Below are positions 12,618 to 25,136 of a DNA stretch of 64,000 nt, piece after piece. The notes below the pieces were generated by a model, which ran no database searches, was not told where the DNA came from, and saw only the letters and a program-made list of their open reading frames with translations. The stretch spans positions 5,952,001 to 6,016,000 of the forward strand of contig NC_134031.1 of the NCBI RefSeq assembly GCF_964204645.1, read 5' to 3'. Source of the DNA: Tubulanus polymorphus (lineage: Eukaryota; Animalia; Nemertea). A program made the translations under genes and the position numbers. How positions within the stretch are numbered: position 1 is the first letter of the stretch; each line of letters begins with the position of its first letter.

Positions 12618-14579
12618 TTACGAAGTGAATTGTGCTCCAGATATCAGCAAACCTTTCTCTTCCAGTTGTTTGAGAACTTCGTCGACAACAGTTCGAATGA
12701 GTCTCTGTTTGAAAGTGATTTCACTCGCCGAGTCGAGCGCGATTTGAGGAGACAGTGACGATACGTTCAATTGCATACCCGCGCGGCTAGACGACGGCAA
12801 AGATGCCCGTATGTCGTCGGCGCGTTGATCGATAAAACCGCCCGGTTGGACGATCGCGTGAACCACTTCGCTGAGAGCAGACGAAAACGCTTGAGAATTA
12901 TTGATCAGCACCGTTTTCGGCAGAGAAATAAAATCGCTATCATTTTCGGATTTAATCGATTCCGCCGAATCGTCATCATTGTCCGCCCCATAAATAACCT
13001 CCTCGATTACTCTCTCCAATTTCCGAACGTCCATTGCTTTATATTCGACCTCGGTCGTCACATCGGTTATGATTTCTACTCCAGCAGCTGGCGCCAAGAC
13101 ATCCCCCGTCTCTTGGTGGATGTAACTATCCATTTTCGGTACCGTCGCGTCGGTTATTTCCGGCACGCTTTCGACTTCCTCGTGATGATCCGCACCATCG
13201 CTGCCCAAATCTCGCTCGTTATTCGACCGTTCGATGACATCCGTAAATATCTCCTCCAGTTTATCGAGATCCATGTGTTTAGCGGTTGTGTTCGAGGTCT
13301 CACTGACATTTCGCTTTCTACTCGCCCGAGATCTACGAATAATGTGAACCTCTTTATCGGGTTCCAACTGGCACACTCCTCCAACTGCTTGCTGTAGGCT
13401 GGGCGTGGGACCGATATCGGCAACTGTGTTCACATATAACATAGATGCCTGTTGTGACTCTAGTCCGACAGGGGCTAGGTGGGCAGCTAATTGATTGGAC
13501 CATGTCTGTAGAAGTTTCTGGTCAATTTTCAGATCTCTAGTCGGGTCGATTACTTGAGTAGTAACCTCGTTTACGGGTCTTGCACTAGAAGCAGCAGTGG
13601 CACTATTATCATTTAGAGCTATATTAGGCGGAAGCAGAATGTTTCCTTCGTTATCAGTTTCAGTTGGAAGTGCAAAATATTGCTGTTCGCCCGAGGGTCC
13701 ACCTTTTATCAAGGTTACCAGTTGACCTTCAGTCGCGTTTTCCGGTATCGACAGAGTGTAGTATTTATCAGCCCCTTTGGCGATGATGACAGGCGTTCCG
13801 TTCTGGTCGGAGAGATGTAGGTTCAGAGTCGAGCCGTCTGCACCGATTACAGCAGGATTAGTTAGCAGACGTTTAATACCGGGATTAAATTCGTCATCGA
13901 TAGTCTTATCGGCGGAAATAACGGTGTGAGTTATTTGTTGAACCATATCGCGGCTGGAAGCGCTGGAGCACTGGTCAGCTAACATCTGTAACGGGGAACA
14001 ATCGGGCGACGAGCTCAGATCGACGCCAGTCTTATCACTACCACCGATAGCCAACTGGATCTGATCGCTCACATCTTGGTGGTCGACTTTACCGCCAACC
14101 CCGGTCGTGTGCTGCGAGTTTATAATCTGATTCCAAACTTTCCACGAAACCGTACCTAAATTCAGCGACGGTAGCAGATTCGAACCCGATGATAACGTTG
14201 CTGCTGTTGAGGTGGCGTTTTCCTTCGATTTTTTCGATAGATCCAGACCTTGCCAGGTAACATTATTAGATGAGTCACCAGCACCAGCAGTAGCAGCAGC
14301 AGCAGCAGCACATTCCGTATTACGGGTTACAGTCGAAGTCGGCTGGTGATGTTTATTAGCTTTGAATAATTTCAGAGATTGGTTAGAATCCTCGTCTCCG
14401 CTACTAACGCTTTCGTACCGTGGTCGCCGGCGTTTTCTACTGCCGAACAATCCATCGTCCTCTTCAGGGATTCCGTTTCTAATGTCCTGTTTCACCCGTT
14501 CTATGATACTTCTTACGTACAGTTCACAACGCTCTTTTTCGCTGAGCTTTTTATTGGACATCACTTTTTCGTAAGTCAT
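12618..14579 (-). CDS. Uncharacterised 653-aa, largely disordered, probably nuclear protein encoded in one long exon (acceptor at 14619, upstream donor at 15087)
   Basis: Long, GC-elevated ORF in an AT-rich background; NLS-like RKRRRPR; polypyrimidine-CAG acceptor 40 nt upstream of the ATG; long AT-rich putative 3' UTR below 12618. Confidence 0.85.
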   Translation of the reverse strand: MTYEKVMSNKKLSEKERCELYVRSIIERVKQDIRNGIPEEDDGLFGSRKRRRPRYESVSSGDEDSNQSLKLFKANKHHQPTSTVTRNTECAAAAAATAGAGDSSNNVTWQGLDLSKKSKENATSTAATLSSGSNLLPSLNLGTVSWKVWNQIINSQHTTGVGGKVDHQDVSDQIQLAIGGSDKTGVDLSSSPDCSPLQMLADQCSSASSRDMVQQITHTVISADKTIDDEFNPGIKRLLTNPAVIGADGSTLNLHLSDQNGTPVIIAKGADKYYTLSIPENATEGQLVTLIKGGPSGEQQYFALPTETDNEGNILLPPNIALNDNSATAASSARPVNEVTTQVIDPTRDLKIDQKLLQTWSNQLAAHLAPVGLESQQASMLYVNTVADIGPTPSLQQAVGGVCQLEPDKEVHIIRRSRASRKRNVSETSNTTAKHMDLDKLEEIFTDVIERSNNERDLGSDGADHHEEVESVPEITDATVPKMDSYIHQETGDVLAPAAGVEIITDVTTEVEYKAMDVRKLERVIEEVIYGADNDDDSAESIKSENDSDFISLPKTVLINNSQAFSSALSEVVHAIVQPGGFIDQRADDIRASLPSSSRAGMQLNVSSLSPQIALDSASEITFKQRLIRTVVDEVLKQLEEKGLLISGAQFTS

Positions 14580-17014
14580 CTGCAGAAGTAGCGGGAGGTA
14601 CCGTTCAGCGGAATAACGCCTGCAAAAATTAGTAACGCTGCAAAAAGAGAATTCAGGGAGTTAGTTTCTTCCAATAGTGACATCAGGGCCTGCTTTCTAC
14701 AGTGGATCGTGCCTGCTATGCGCCTAAATTACACCAGATAAATCACTATGTAACAATGAGAAACAAAGAAAATCTCGATATGGAAATCTATGAAATAGTA
14801 GTGCCGGGTCAACGTGAATCTCGAGTCTGTCCTACAGGTAAAAGGCCCACAGCACTAGTCACAAATGGACCCGGGGTAGCGCACTGTTGTAGCAAGCGTA
14901 CAAGACATTATATTGCGTTAGTTAATTAAAAGACTAGCCTAGAATTCGGACGATCAGGAACCCGTCCCATAGGTGGTGTAATACTCACTGTGCGCTTCAC
15001 CACCACTTTTTATATAGCCAGCATCTATTTATTCATTTACGATATAACAAAAATAGACGTTTAAAAATGATAAACTTCCGACTTACCTTATTATCGCATT
15101 GAAATAATTATCTTGGCGTTCGTCAATTTCCCGCCTATTTTAGGGATCGATACAAATCGACCAGTTCGTCATTAATCGAACCCCTCTTCCATATGTCGCT
15201 GTACTAAAACTGTTTGTATTCGTGTTATACACGGCGGGCGTCTATGCGTATGCTTTTACGCGCTAAACCTCGACATTGCCGGGAAATGGATCAATAAGTG
15301 ACGCGGGAAACGTACCGATCGATAAAATGAGTAGAAAATTAGGTTCCGGATAGTGGTGTGTGTGTAGTGTGTTGTGCGTAGTGTACTGCGTACTGCGTAC
15401 TGCGTGTTTCACCTGCTCGAGTGTTTTTCTTTTGTTGAAGTATATTTTCGATTTATCACGATAAAAGTACATGTAGCTATCATTTCGACCGCATTTAAAT
15501 TTCCAGTGTTCGTTTGTTCACACGGGTCAGATCTGACATTTGTCAAAACATCCCATTTCCCGGTCCGCGATCGATTTGTCCATTTTCTAATACCCTTTTA
15601 AAAACTCAAGGCCATCCCCTCAAATATCACAGATTTCATTTATAGGTTTGGATCGTGCCTAGTGTAGTGTTATGCAGTATGCATGGCTGATCCGGGCCCG
15701 GAATTTCACATTGATTGGGAAAAGATTTCGAAATAAAAGTATTCGACTTTTTAATGAACATAAACAACTTAGACCCTGCAAGCCGTTTCATCCGACCAAG
15801 CCAATCACCACAGTCCGACCCATTTCTGTCATTTTCTTCATTTTCAGTCATATGAAATTTTAATTTTATTCGGGAATAAAGTCTCTGTCCAGCTGGTCGC
15901 CCGAAGTCAGCAGAACTGACAACTGAATGATTCGTCAAATTTTCAACTGTTCAGCTTAGACTAATCGGATCATTTAAGACAGTCATCGGGCCTGGTGCCC
16001 AAGAGATCCTATGAGCGTTCGATCCAAAGTGATGACGATGGTCATTTCAACCGACCTCAAATTCTTTTCACAACCAGTTAATAGCTTAAGTTGTGAAGTT
16101 AATGAAAAGAAACTTGAAGTAGCCTTAATGCCCCTGAATCCAGTTTAATCCCAATATTACCATAATCCGTATCGCAGCCGTGAATGATAATGTATCTAGA
16201 TAATACGGTCAATGAAATCCGTTCATTTTTCAATCCGTCAATTTCCAGGTGCAGATATTTCGGTTACTTGCCTTTTCAAAAAAGACATTTATAATACAAA
16301 ACAATTTAAACAATTTAATTTGCCGCCAAAAATGAATTTGTTTTGGATTTGAGATCAGGTTGCCTTTGCCCAAAAGAACTTGTTTTTCACTGTTGTCGCC
16401 GATCTTCCCCTTCAGCTCGCGAATCCAATCAGTTTTTCAGACGCTCGATGAGAGGAGACTATCCCTCCATTTTCGATTCGTGAGGACGACTTGAAAAAAA
16501 GATTCTACAAGCTTGCAGCAGTGTTAAACGTCCGCGGCGTTTTGCGAGAAATTGTACGGAGGCCGTAGCATTGTTGACGCAGAGTCGGCGCAGACCGTTA
16601 GATGGCGAATGAGCGGCTGATGAAGTTTTCAGGAAAATTGGAAGGGGCGCTCCATAAGTAGCTACACTGTTCGTTTGTTCCCTGGGAAATTTTCAAAGTT
16701 AGAAAAGATGCAATTTCTGAGAAATTTGTAGTACGATCTCAATCTAAAGCTGGCAACCTCAATGGTACAAGCAGGGGCCCAGACCGTCGAAATAATCCCA
16801 AGATCAACCCCCAAGTTAGTTTCAAAATCCAAATTTAGAAATACATACGTAGGCCTATCATAAAAATCGCGCAAGCATTGTTGTCGATTGGGGACAATCT
16901 ATGACGTCATTCAAAATACGGATGGAGTTTACTTTTCACGTTTTCTACACGTTTTAGGTCACGCTGATGACAGCATAGTAAACGCGCGGTGGTGGGTCGT
17001 TCCGGCGCGGAAAA

Positions 17015-17329
17015 ATGAACAGCTACTCGTTACATCAGGACGTATTTCACGCCGCCGTAAAAACCGGCGACAGCAGAGAATTGCAGCGAATTATGCAGGA
17101 ATATCAGGGCAAAGTTAACGTGAATAAATACGACCGCGAAGGACAAACAGCTTTACACCAGTGCTGTATCGAAGGTAATCTAGAGTTAGTGAAATTATTA
17201 CTGAAATTCGGCGCCGATGTAAGACTTGCGAATATTGACGGCTGGAGTCCGTTACACGTGGCTGCTTACGGTGGACATAAGAAAATTGCTGACTGTCTCA
17301 TCAATCACAGTGCCAGCACCGTTGTATGA
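17015..17329 (+). CDS. NRARP: Notch-regulated ankyrin repeat protein, copy A (single exon, 104 aa)
   Basis: EGQTALHQCCIEGNLELVKLLLKFGADVRLANIDGWSPLHVAAYGGH versus human NRARP EGQTALHQSVIDGNLELVKLLVKFGADIRLANRDGWSALHIAAFGGH; intronless like vertebrate NRARP. Confidence 0.93.
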   Translation: MNSYSLHQDVFHAAVKTGDSRELQRIMQEYQGKVNVNKYDREGQTALHQCCIEGNLELVKLLLKFGADVRLANIDGWSPLHVAAYGGHKKIADCLINHSASTVV

Positions 17330-19709
17330 CTGACTACATTTAGAATACCACAACGACTTTAATCAGGATTCTTCAATTTGGTAGTCGGTATTTCGGTGAA
17401 AACAAAAAACAACTTCTTATATTGGTGAACTCCGTGGTGGAAAATTGTGGAACTGTTGATACGCTTGACTTTGCCGTATGGAGAAATCATTGAAAGTTTA
17501 AGATGAAAGATATTGGTAAATATAGAAAACCTAATACTTAAATTTGTAAACTGTTATGAAAAAAGGCCATATGTTTTTAAATTTATTGACATGCATGACC
17601 GTATTTAGCAGGGGGGGGGGCAGCTGCCCCAATAAATTTTGGAAAAGTGCCCTTTTTGCATATGTTATTGTTATATCCTATAGAACTGCCCTCCTCGGGT
17701 TTCTCAGCCCCCTCCCCCCCCCCATATAAAATACAAATGCTAGGAACGGCCGCGGTGTTTGGAGATACTTCTAATCTGTATGGGACATTTGAATCAACAG
17801 AAAATTATTATGTTTTTTTCCCGAGTGCTCCCTAGTGACCTTATAATGGGAAATGAAGTGTTATGGGAAGATATGGGAAGTACTCTTGTAATATTCAATC
17901 GATTGGAAACTATGATTATAATGTAAACAGTATAATTAGACCGGGGTTATCCTGTTATAGTTATTTTACGGTGTCGATTCCTGCTTTTTTACGGGCATGT
18001 TTAACACTTTGCCTTACTCACATTAGTAAACGTCATCTCCATCAGTGTCTATACGCTATTAAGTCGCAAAGCTTTTAATGGAAAAAAAACAGAAAAAAAA
18101 TTACCAAGTGTCGTTCACGTGTATTTTGCGCCCGTCGACATGCTCTGACCGACTATTACCTATTTGCCTTGGCCATAGTCAGACTGGTTGAGTAGCCACA
18201 TGAGGCGCAGATCCACACTCTCCACGGACGCTTTTCCGCATTTTTCAAAACGTTAAAGAAGAAATACCTTCTGCGTATCATCTCACGGTATTTCAATTAA
18301 TATTAATTCCAATCAACTGCGGCGTTTAAAGATGGTCAGCTATTCATGAAAATCAGGTCCACTGTCGGTGGAGGGGGTTGGTGGGTGGAGTAGTCCAGTA
18401 ATTTTCTCGGACGTATTGTTCACCCACAAAGATACGAACGTTTCTACATTTTCCAAACATTGAAAAACCACTGCAGGGCTTGCTTATTACTCCTAGTGTT
18501 CTATTTTAGATCGTAACTCCTCTAAACTTTTTTGTTGTACATTGTACGGATAGCTAATATATGCTCTAAAAAGAGGTTACAATTTTTTTTGTTTCAGAAG
18601 CGAGGAGCAACAAGAGAAGTGTTTTACGTGTCTAAACTCGTATGAGGTCTCGACGAAAAATGGGGACAAATAACCCTGCAGGGGTGACACGTGCGGAGTA
18701 TATGCTACTTGTTCGTATATAAACACTTTACTGGCAATGCGCTGTTTTAGTTCTTTTTTTTATTTGACGTACATTCCTGATTCCTGTAAATAAGATTGTT
18801 AAAACATGTTCGACGCATTCGATTTCTCGATACGAATATTTCAAACCGGCGATGTATTACAGAATCACCGGTGCTTTGTGTGGAAGATGTATGAATAAGT
18901 AAAGAGTTCACCGCGATTCAAACATTTTATTTTTTCCAAACCAGTGTTTTGATGCTTTTTGTAGGCCTATATTTTGTTCTCGAGATTTTCGCCGCGAGCT
19001 ATTTCAACATTTTTTTTTCTCAATTGAACGCTCGACAAGGTTACTTTATACGGTATTGTGTGACCTCGAAGAAAAACGTCCGACAACAATTCATTTCGTT
19101 CCGCTTTTTTCGATTCACGATTCGATCGAGGATTTGTTGTTAAAAGCATATCGAATAGAAAATCTGTTTTTATAATAGTGTTTCTTGTGGCGCGCCGCAA
19201 ATGCGTTAATAGTACGCCACTTGTTTGAAAAACATGTGTCAGCTTTAGATAGGGATCTTCAATCGACGACAGCCAATTAACTAAGATGTCAATCCACGGC
19301 CACTTGTTCGTCAACAATTTCAAACGAACAAAAACGTATACGTTTTTTTTTTCTTCTTTCTGCGGTTTTTCAAACGGGAGAAACTATTGAAAAGTCCTCG
19401 GGCGAAGAAACGCGCAGCGAAAAAAAGACGGCAACAGATTTTGGACAACGCCTCGGTCGGCGTGCGGAGTGAGTGGAGTGACGCTGACCTTGAAAGTTTA
19501 CCGGTAATCAACTTTTATTTTACTTCAGCTTTGTTTTGAACAGGAAAAGGCACCGAAAATCACTCCAAGTACTCCCGAACAACGGTAACAAAGCAGTTGT
19601 CATCCCCAGGTTGAATTCGTTCAAATTTTGAGCAACTGGCCCGCTGGGACGATCAAACCCACTTTAAAACGTAACTTGATACTTGTTGGTCATATCAACA
19701 ATGAAATGT

Positions 19710-19945
<236 letters not shown>

Positions 19946-20886
19946 CATATTACATTATATGATTTAAGGAGACATCAAAAGTACATCATGTTTTTACGAT
20001 TCGCCGTCCAAAATAGTGTATACATACTATTATTCCATTTTTTCGCAAATTATTTCCTCTACGCGTATTTAATTGGTGTGCTTGGAAAACAATTACGACC
20101 GCGGCAAGTGAGTGCTGTCAGAGTTCACGAATATAGATAGAAGGTGTACATTACAAAAATGCATCGTGTAATTAATTAGCAATTAGCCTAAAATGCGTTC
20201 CACAAAAATCAGTCGGATACGAAGGGAAAGTCGAGCCCTCGGTTGTGAACTGCGGTTCCCACGCTGTGGCCGTTTATCCGCAAATGTTTTTACACCATCG
20301 AAAAAGGAAATAATTTTTCTGCCAATATTTACACTGGCTGGCGCTGGCAGGAAGTACTCCAGTAACACTGCGCAAACTCGCACGCTGTCATCAGGCGTAT
20401 GACTTCCGCTGTCAACTCGCTCAGCGGAGTTCAGTCGATTCTCACGTGAAATTGGTATTATTTTGTAACAACGTCACGTTTTCAGAGGTCACTTTAAATT
20501 CTTCAGATATCGAGACCACAGTTGCCAAAAGGTATGAGTAAACAACAGCGTCAAGACGACAAAAAATCGAATCCACTTCATTTCAACCCTAAACATTTGG
20601 CCATAACTGTGGTCCCTATTGTTTCAACAACCTTATACCGCTACCCTATTTTGTGAGGAAATTAACGTAAATATGAAAACATTTTCAAAACGATTTTACT
20701 TAGCGTTAGGTTTAGGGCCATCTGTATTTTTGCGTCACTTTACTTTATTCGACGATATCTTGCAAAAGACAATTCGAGTGTAACAGCACATAACAGAAAA
20801 CATGGCGCGCTGCAGTTGGGTATTGGGTATACAGCGTTTTGAATATCATTATGAGAATTTAGGAGAAAAACCACACTGTGAAGAAT

Positions 20887-21103
20887 CGATGAAATAATGA
20901 AAACCCACTATATGTACAGATTAAAACGTTTTAAAACCGAGAATTCATTTGATCAAAAATTGAAAATGACGGTTTCAAACTCTCATCGTCATCACACCTG
21001 ACATTGATCTTTTAGCGAGTAACGTCGTGTCATTTTAAATTTTTGATTAAATAAATTCTTCGTTTTGAAACTCTTTAAGTGGGTTTTTATTGTATTATCA
21101 TCG
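20887..21103. mobile_element. Decayed palindromic MITE
   Basis: Imperfect inverted arms, e.g. ttttaaaaccgagaattcatttgatcaaaaattgaaaatgac versus gtcattttaaatttttgattaaataaattcttcgttttgaaa. Confidence 0.5.
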
Positions 21104-21789
21104 TGAGAATTTTGGGATCGACGATATTTTTCCGATTTGTACACACGTCAAGTGTTATTAATCGTTCTACCGCGGCTCCAGGTGCCTGATATTACGAGGA
21201 CTTGCGCACACACGCCAAGACCCGGGAGATTCCTTCAAGTGCTACACGCGCTTAATGACATCTTCTAAGGCTCGCGGCTGCTCAACAGATTTACAGATCA
21301 AGAGTGGATTTTGCACCTTGTGTAAAAACTATGATGGGGGTCTCGCATCTTCTATCTGGTGTTCAGGTGTATCATTAAGTGTGGGAACTGATGCCCATGG
21401 GAAAGAAGTAGTAAGCGTCTTTGCGACCCGGATAACATAGCGTGGTAAACCATTAGCTTACTCCTATTAAATCAGTGGCATAAATATAAATTTCTGTTTA
21501 CGGACTAGATGCAAGTTGATTTTTAAATAAAATCGTGAATTTTTCTTTCAAGTTGATGAAGGTCGTTGACCCCTTTCCAACCGGCAAGCACTGATTGAGT
21601 TCTAGAAGCTTGTAAATTAATGGGGTCAGGGTCATTCTAAACTGTCTGTATAGTTTTCCCACAGTATCGTGTTATACTTTTACCTGCTGCTTTTACCGTC
21701 GATAAAACATGTGAATGAGTTGATAAATATAATTTACTTCAGCAGACACTGCCGTATCGCTTTCACCGCAGTGCGAGAAAGCAAAACTA

Positions 21790-21861
21790 CTCCCCGGCCG
21801 GGAATCGAACCCGGGTCTCGCACGTGACAGGCGCGGATACTCACCACTATACTACCGAGGA
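21790..21861 (-). tRNA. trnD-GTC: tRNA-Asp (GTC)
   Basis: The reverse complement TCCTCGGTAGTATAGTGGTGAGTATCCGCGCCTGTCACGTGCGAGACCCGGGTTCGATTCCCGGCCGGGGAG folds as a cloverleaf with anticodon GTC, A and B boxes, and a downstream T-run. Confidence 0.97.
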
Positions 21862-23912
21862 TTATGACACTGTCCGGTTTGCATTGTAATAACAAGACTA
21901 ACAAGAAAATTAACTAGAAAACTAATTGGCGCCTTGACGGAAAAGAAAACATAAGCTATATTGCTTGATGTTATCGAAAATGAATCGAACATTATTGAAA
22001 ATATTTTGAATTCAGATGTTATTGCCCTAGATTGATAAGACGTAAGATACGTCATCCACTCTTAATTCATTAACAAAACGACAAGCTAATTTATCAAATA
22101 GGAAATAAATGAAATATATTTATTTACAAAATGAACACCAAAATTAACAATTGTTATTTTGAAAGCCAATATTGAAGATGTAGCGCAAATCAATCGAATC
22201 ACACAAAACCCCTTGAATATGTAACGGTTATGGTGTCCAAAAAAACGCCGGCACGCTAGACGTGGATCTAAATTAGTAAGCTAAAAAAAGTGTTTATTCA
22301 TTTGGATGATAATTTTTCTTTATGAATAAAATCAATTATCCCATAGCAACTGTCTTCTTCGAAGTACGAAACGTCATTTTGAAAACGATAAATCTTTCGA
22401 AGACATAGCGTTTTTCGATGAAATCGTTAAAGAAAATGTTTACGGTGGCGTTGAAAGTGTATATGAATATAATTAAAAAAAGATGAGATTTTTATATCAG
22501 TTAAAACTTGCCCTCATGGCTCAACTACGATACAATGAGCTAATTATATAAAATTCGAAGCTAGGGAAAGATTAATCGTCTCTGTACGGGTGTCGATTAG
22601 GCTAAATTGGCATTTGCAAGCCCGTAATTAAATTCTCGACGAAGACGCGCATGCACACTCGCACCCGCGTGCCTAATAATTACATTTGGTTGCTAAGTCG
22701 CGCGCCGCAATTTCCCGAAGTATTCCGCAGTTGCTGTTGGAAAATAAGCAAGATTTGATTATTAAGAAGACGGTTAGCAACCCAGTGTAATTCCCACGGT
22801 TCGCTGAGAATACGGAACGCGTTTTTATGATCGTGGCCACGATCGACGGCGTTTAGCTCGATTCGATCAAAATTCACCATTGACGCGAACGAATGAAAAC
22901 CGATGCTTCCAGGTGAACTCGCTTCTTCGAAGTAATCGAAAATGATTCGATTCTTTTTTTATCTTCAATCAAATTTTTTCTTTTTATTTGAAATTTTTCA
23001 AACAATTATACCGAAAAGCGATCAAAATACACTCCAAACTTTAACTACTTCAAACTTTAATCACTATTGAGGCAGTTCAGGCCTACAATGAAAAGAAAAC
23101 CTTCTTTGCCACAACTTCAGAATCTGACTCGGATTTTCTGAGCTATATTTATCAATATGGAATCATATTGTAGAGCTAGAAAATCTACCTGTTTGACTAA
23201 GATGATTATCTGATATTATCGATAATGGAGAGATAGAAAGATGAGCTTACTCCTATATACTACTATATATATTTATCATACATCTAATACATCTACAGTA
23301 AGTATAAGCGAAGAGTTCATGAAAAAAAGTCATCGCATGGGAAAACACAATGCCCCACAGCGATTAGTGCTTTTCATTTAGCAAGTGGAATCTTTTGACC
23401 TTGCGCGCTCTTCTGATGATCAGCAAGGTCATCGAGGCCGTGAGATAAATAGCATGTCGTATTGATGCATATAAGTCAACAGAAAACCGCGATTAAAAAT
23501 ATTCCATAACGGCCGCAACAGGAAGAAGAACTGTAACTTGTATCTGATTGTATTCAAGAAGGCTGCATCACGTTTATTCTATATTATTTCCTTCTACTTC
23601 TTATAAATAGATATAAAGTATGAATAAATAAAGTAAATCAATTCGTCAATGAATACGTGTTTTCTGCACGTTAAGATTGCTTTCATTTAGCATCTGAAGC
23701 ACGTGTATGAATTCCTATTTGCTGGAACAAAAATATGTTTTAACGTGAAATCCATTGTTCATTGAAAAAGTATATTTTTCCAGTAAAGGTATTAATCCGT
23801 ATATTTTTCTTTTTTATTTCGAAATGTCCTTGATTTATAAAACATTGTGATTATTTTTACCGCAAATTCGGTATATTAAAACATTTGCGAAAAAAAATCG
23901 TAAAGATATATC

Positions 23913-24180
<268 letters not shown>

Positions 24181-24485
24181 TTGTTGCGATGTATTTAGCC
24201 TGCAGACAGTGTAACCATTGTTTATAATCAGGTTTGTTCTTCCTTTTCCCACACAAGAAGTTCTCCCCCTTCGCTGTAACCAGTTTGACATGTGATTATC
24301 TAGTTGTTTTAGTACGTGTATCCGTGAGTAAATAACAATAATCTATTGTTCTCTAACCTTAAAATATCAGCTTCACGAAAGATCAAAATCGCACCGATAT
24401 CTAAGAAGAAATTGATGGCAATTTAAACCAAATCCCGCTATTGGAGTTTACGTCAATATCAACCACAATCACTTGACACTATTAA

Positions 24486-25136
24486 GCCGCGATCACATGA
24501 GCTAATTGGGCCCAGAACAACACTATTCACGCGGGTACCAAATGGACCCGTGCCTGTTTGGCCCGACCACATTTTTTGTTAATTTGTCCCTTTTTCAATG
24601 ACCTACGCGCTAAACTCTGTCAACGTATAAATTCTACAGAAAGAACTCGTCTTGAATTAGTTCTTTTATATAGAAAAGGCTCAAAACACTTTTAGATCAA
24701 TTGTTATCTTTGCCATCTTGTTAAATCATTTTTGTAAATTAGTACTTTTCGAACGAACGAACGAACGAACGAACGAACGAACGAACGAACGAACGAACGA
24801 ACGAACGAACGAACGAACGAACGAACCAACCAACCAACCAACCAACCAACCAACCAACCAACCAACCAACCAACCAACCAACCAACCAACCAACCAACCA
24901 ACCAACCAACCAACCAACCAACCAACCAACCAGCCAACCAACCAACCAACCAACCAACCAACCCGGGTCAAATTTCAACTCGGGTTAGATTTGTTCCGGA
25001 AGTGACGCACTTCGCTTTGTTTTAATGATCGAGTGGTTTACGTGTGAACGTGCTCTCAGGTACGGGCCAAATTTGACTTGGGCCCGTGATCCGCGCCAAT
25101 TTGACCCGGGCCAAATCGTCTCCGTGTGATCGCGGC
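24486..25136. mobile_element. PIF/Harbinger-like MITE carrying an (AACG)n(AACC)n compound microsatellite (about 24750-24963)
   Basis: TIRs GCCGCGATCACA / TGTGATCGCGGC, flanked by TAA / TGA (near 3-bp TSD). A related right end lies at about 57760-57891. Confidence 0.7.

Noticed and set aside
12771-13397. 208-aa plus-strand ORF, and similar antisense ORFs at 55785-56424 and 51233-51524
   Set aside because: Antisense shadows of genuine coding exons.
16611-16652. GAGCGG-CTGATGA-stem-GGAAGGGG-CGCTC hammerhead look-alike upstream of NRARP-A
   Set aside because: It lacks the GAAA box, stem III and the NUH triplet.
24750-24963. CRISPR-like or telomeric array
   Set aside because: Simple tetranucleotide repeats without spacers in a eukaryotic context.
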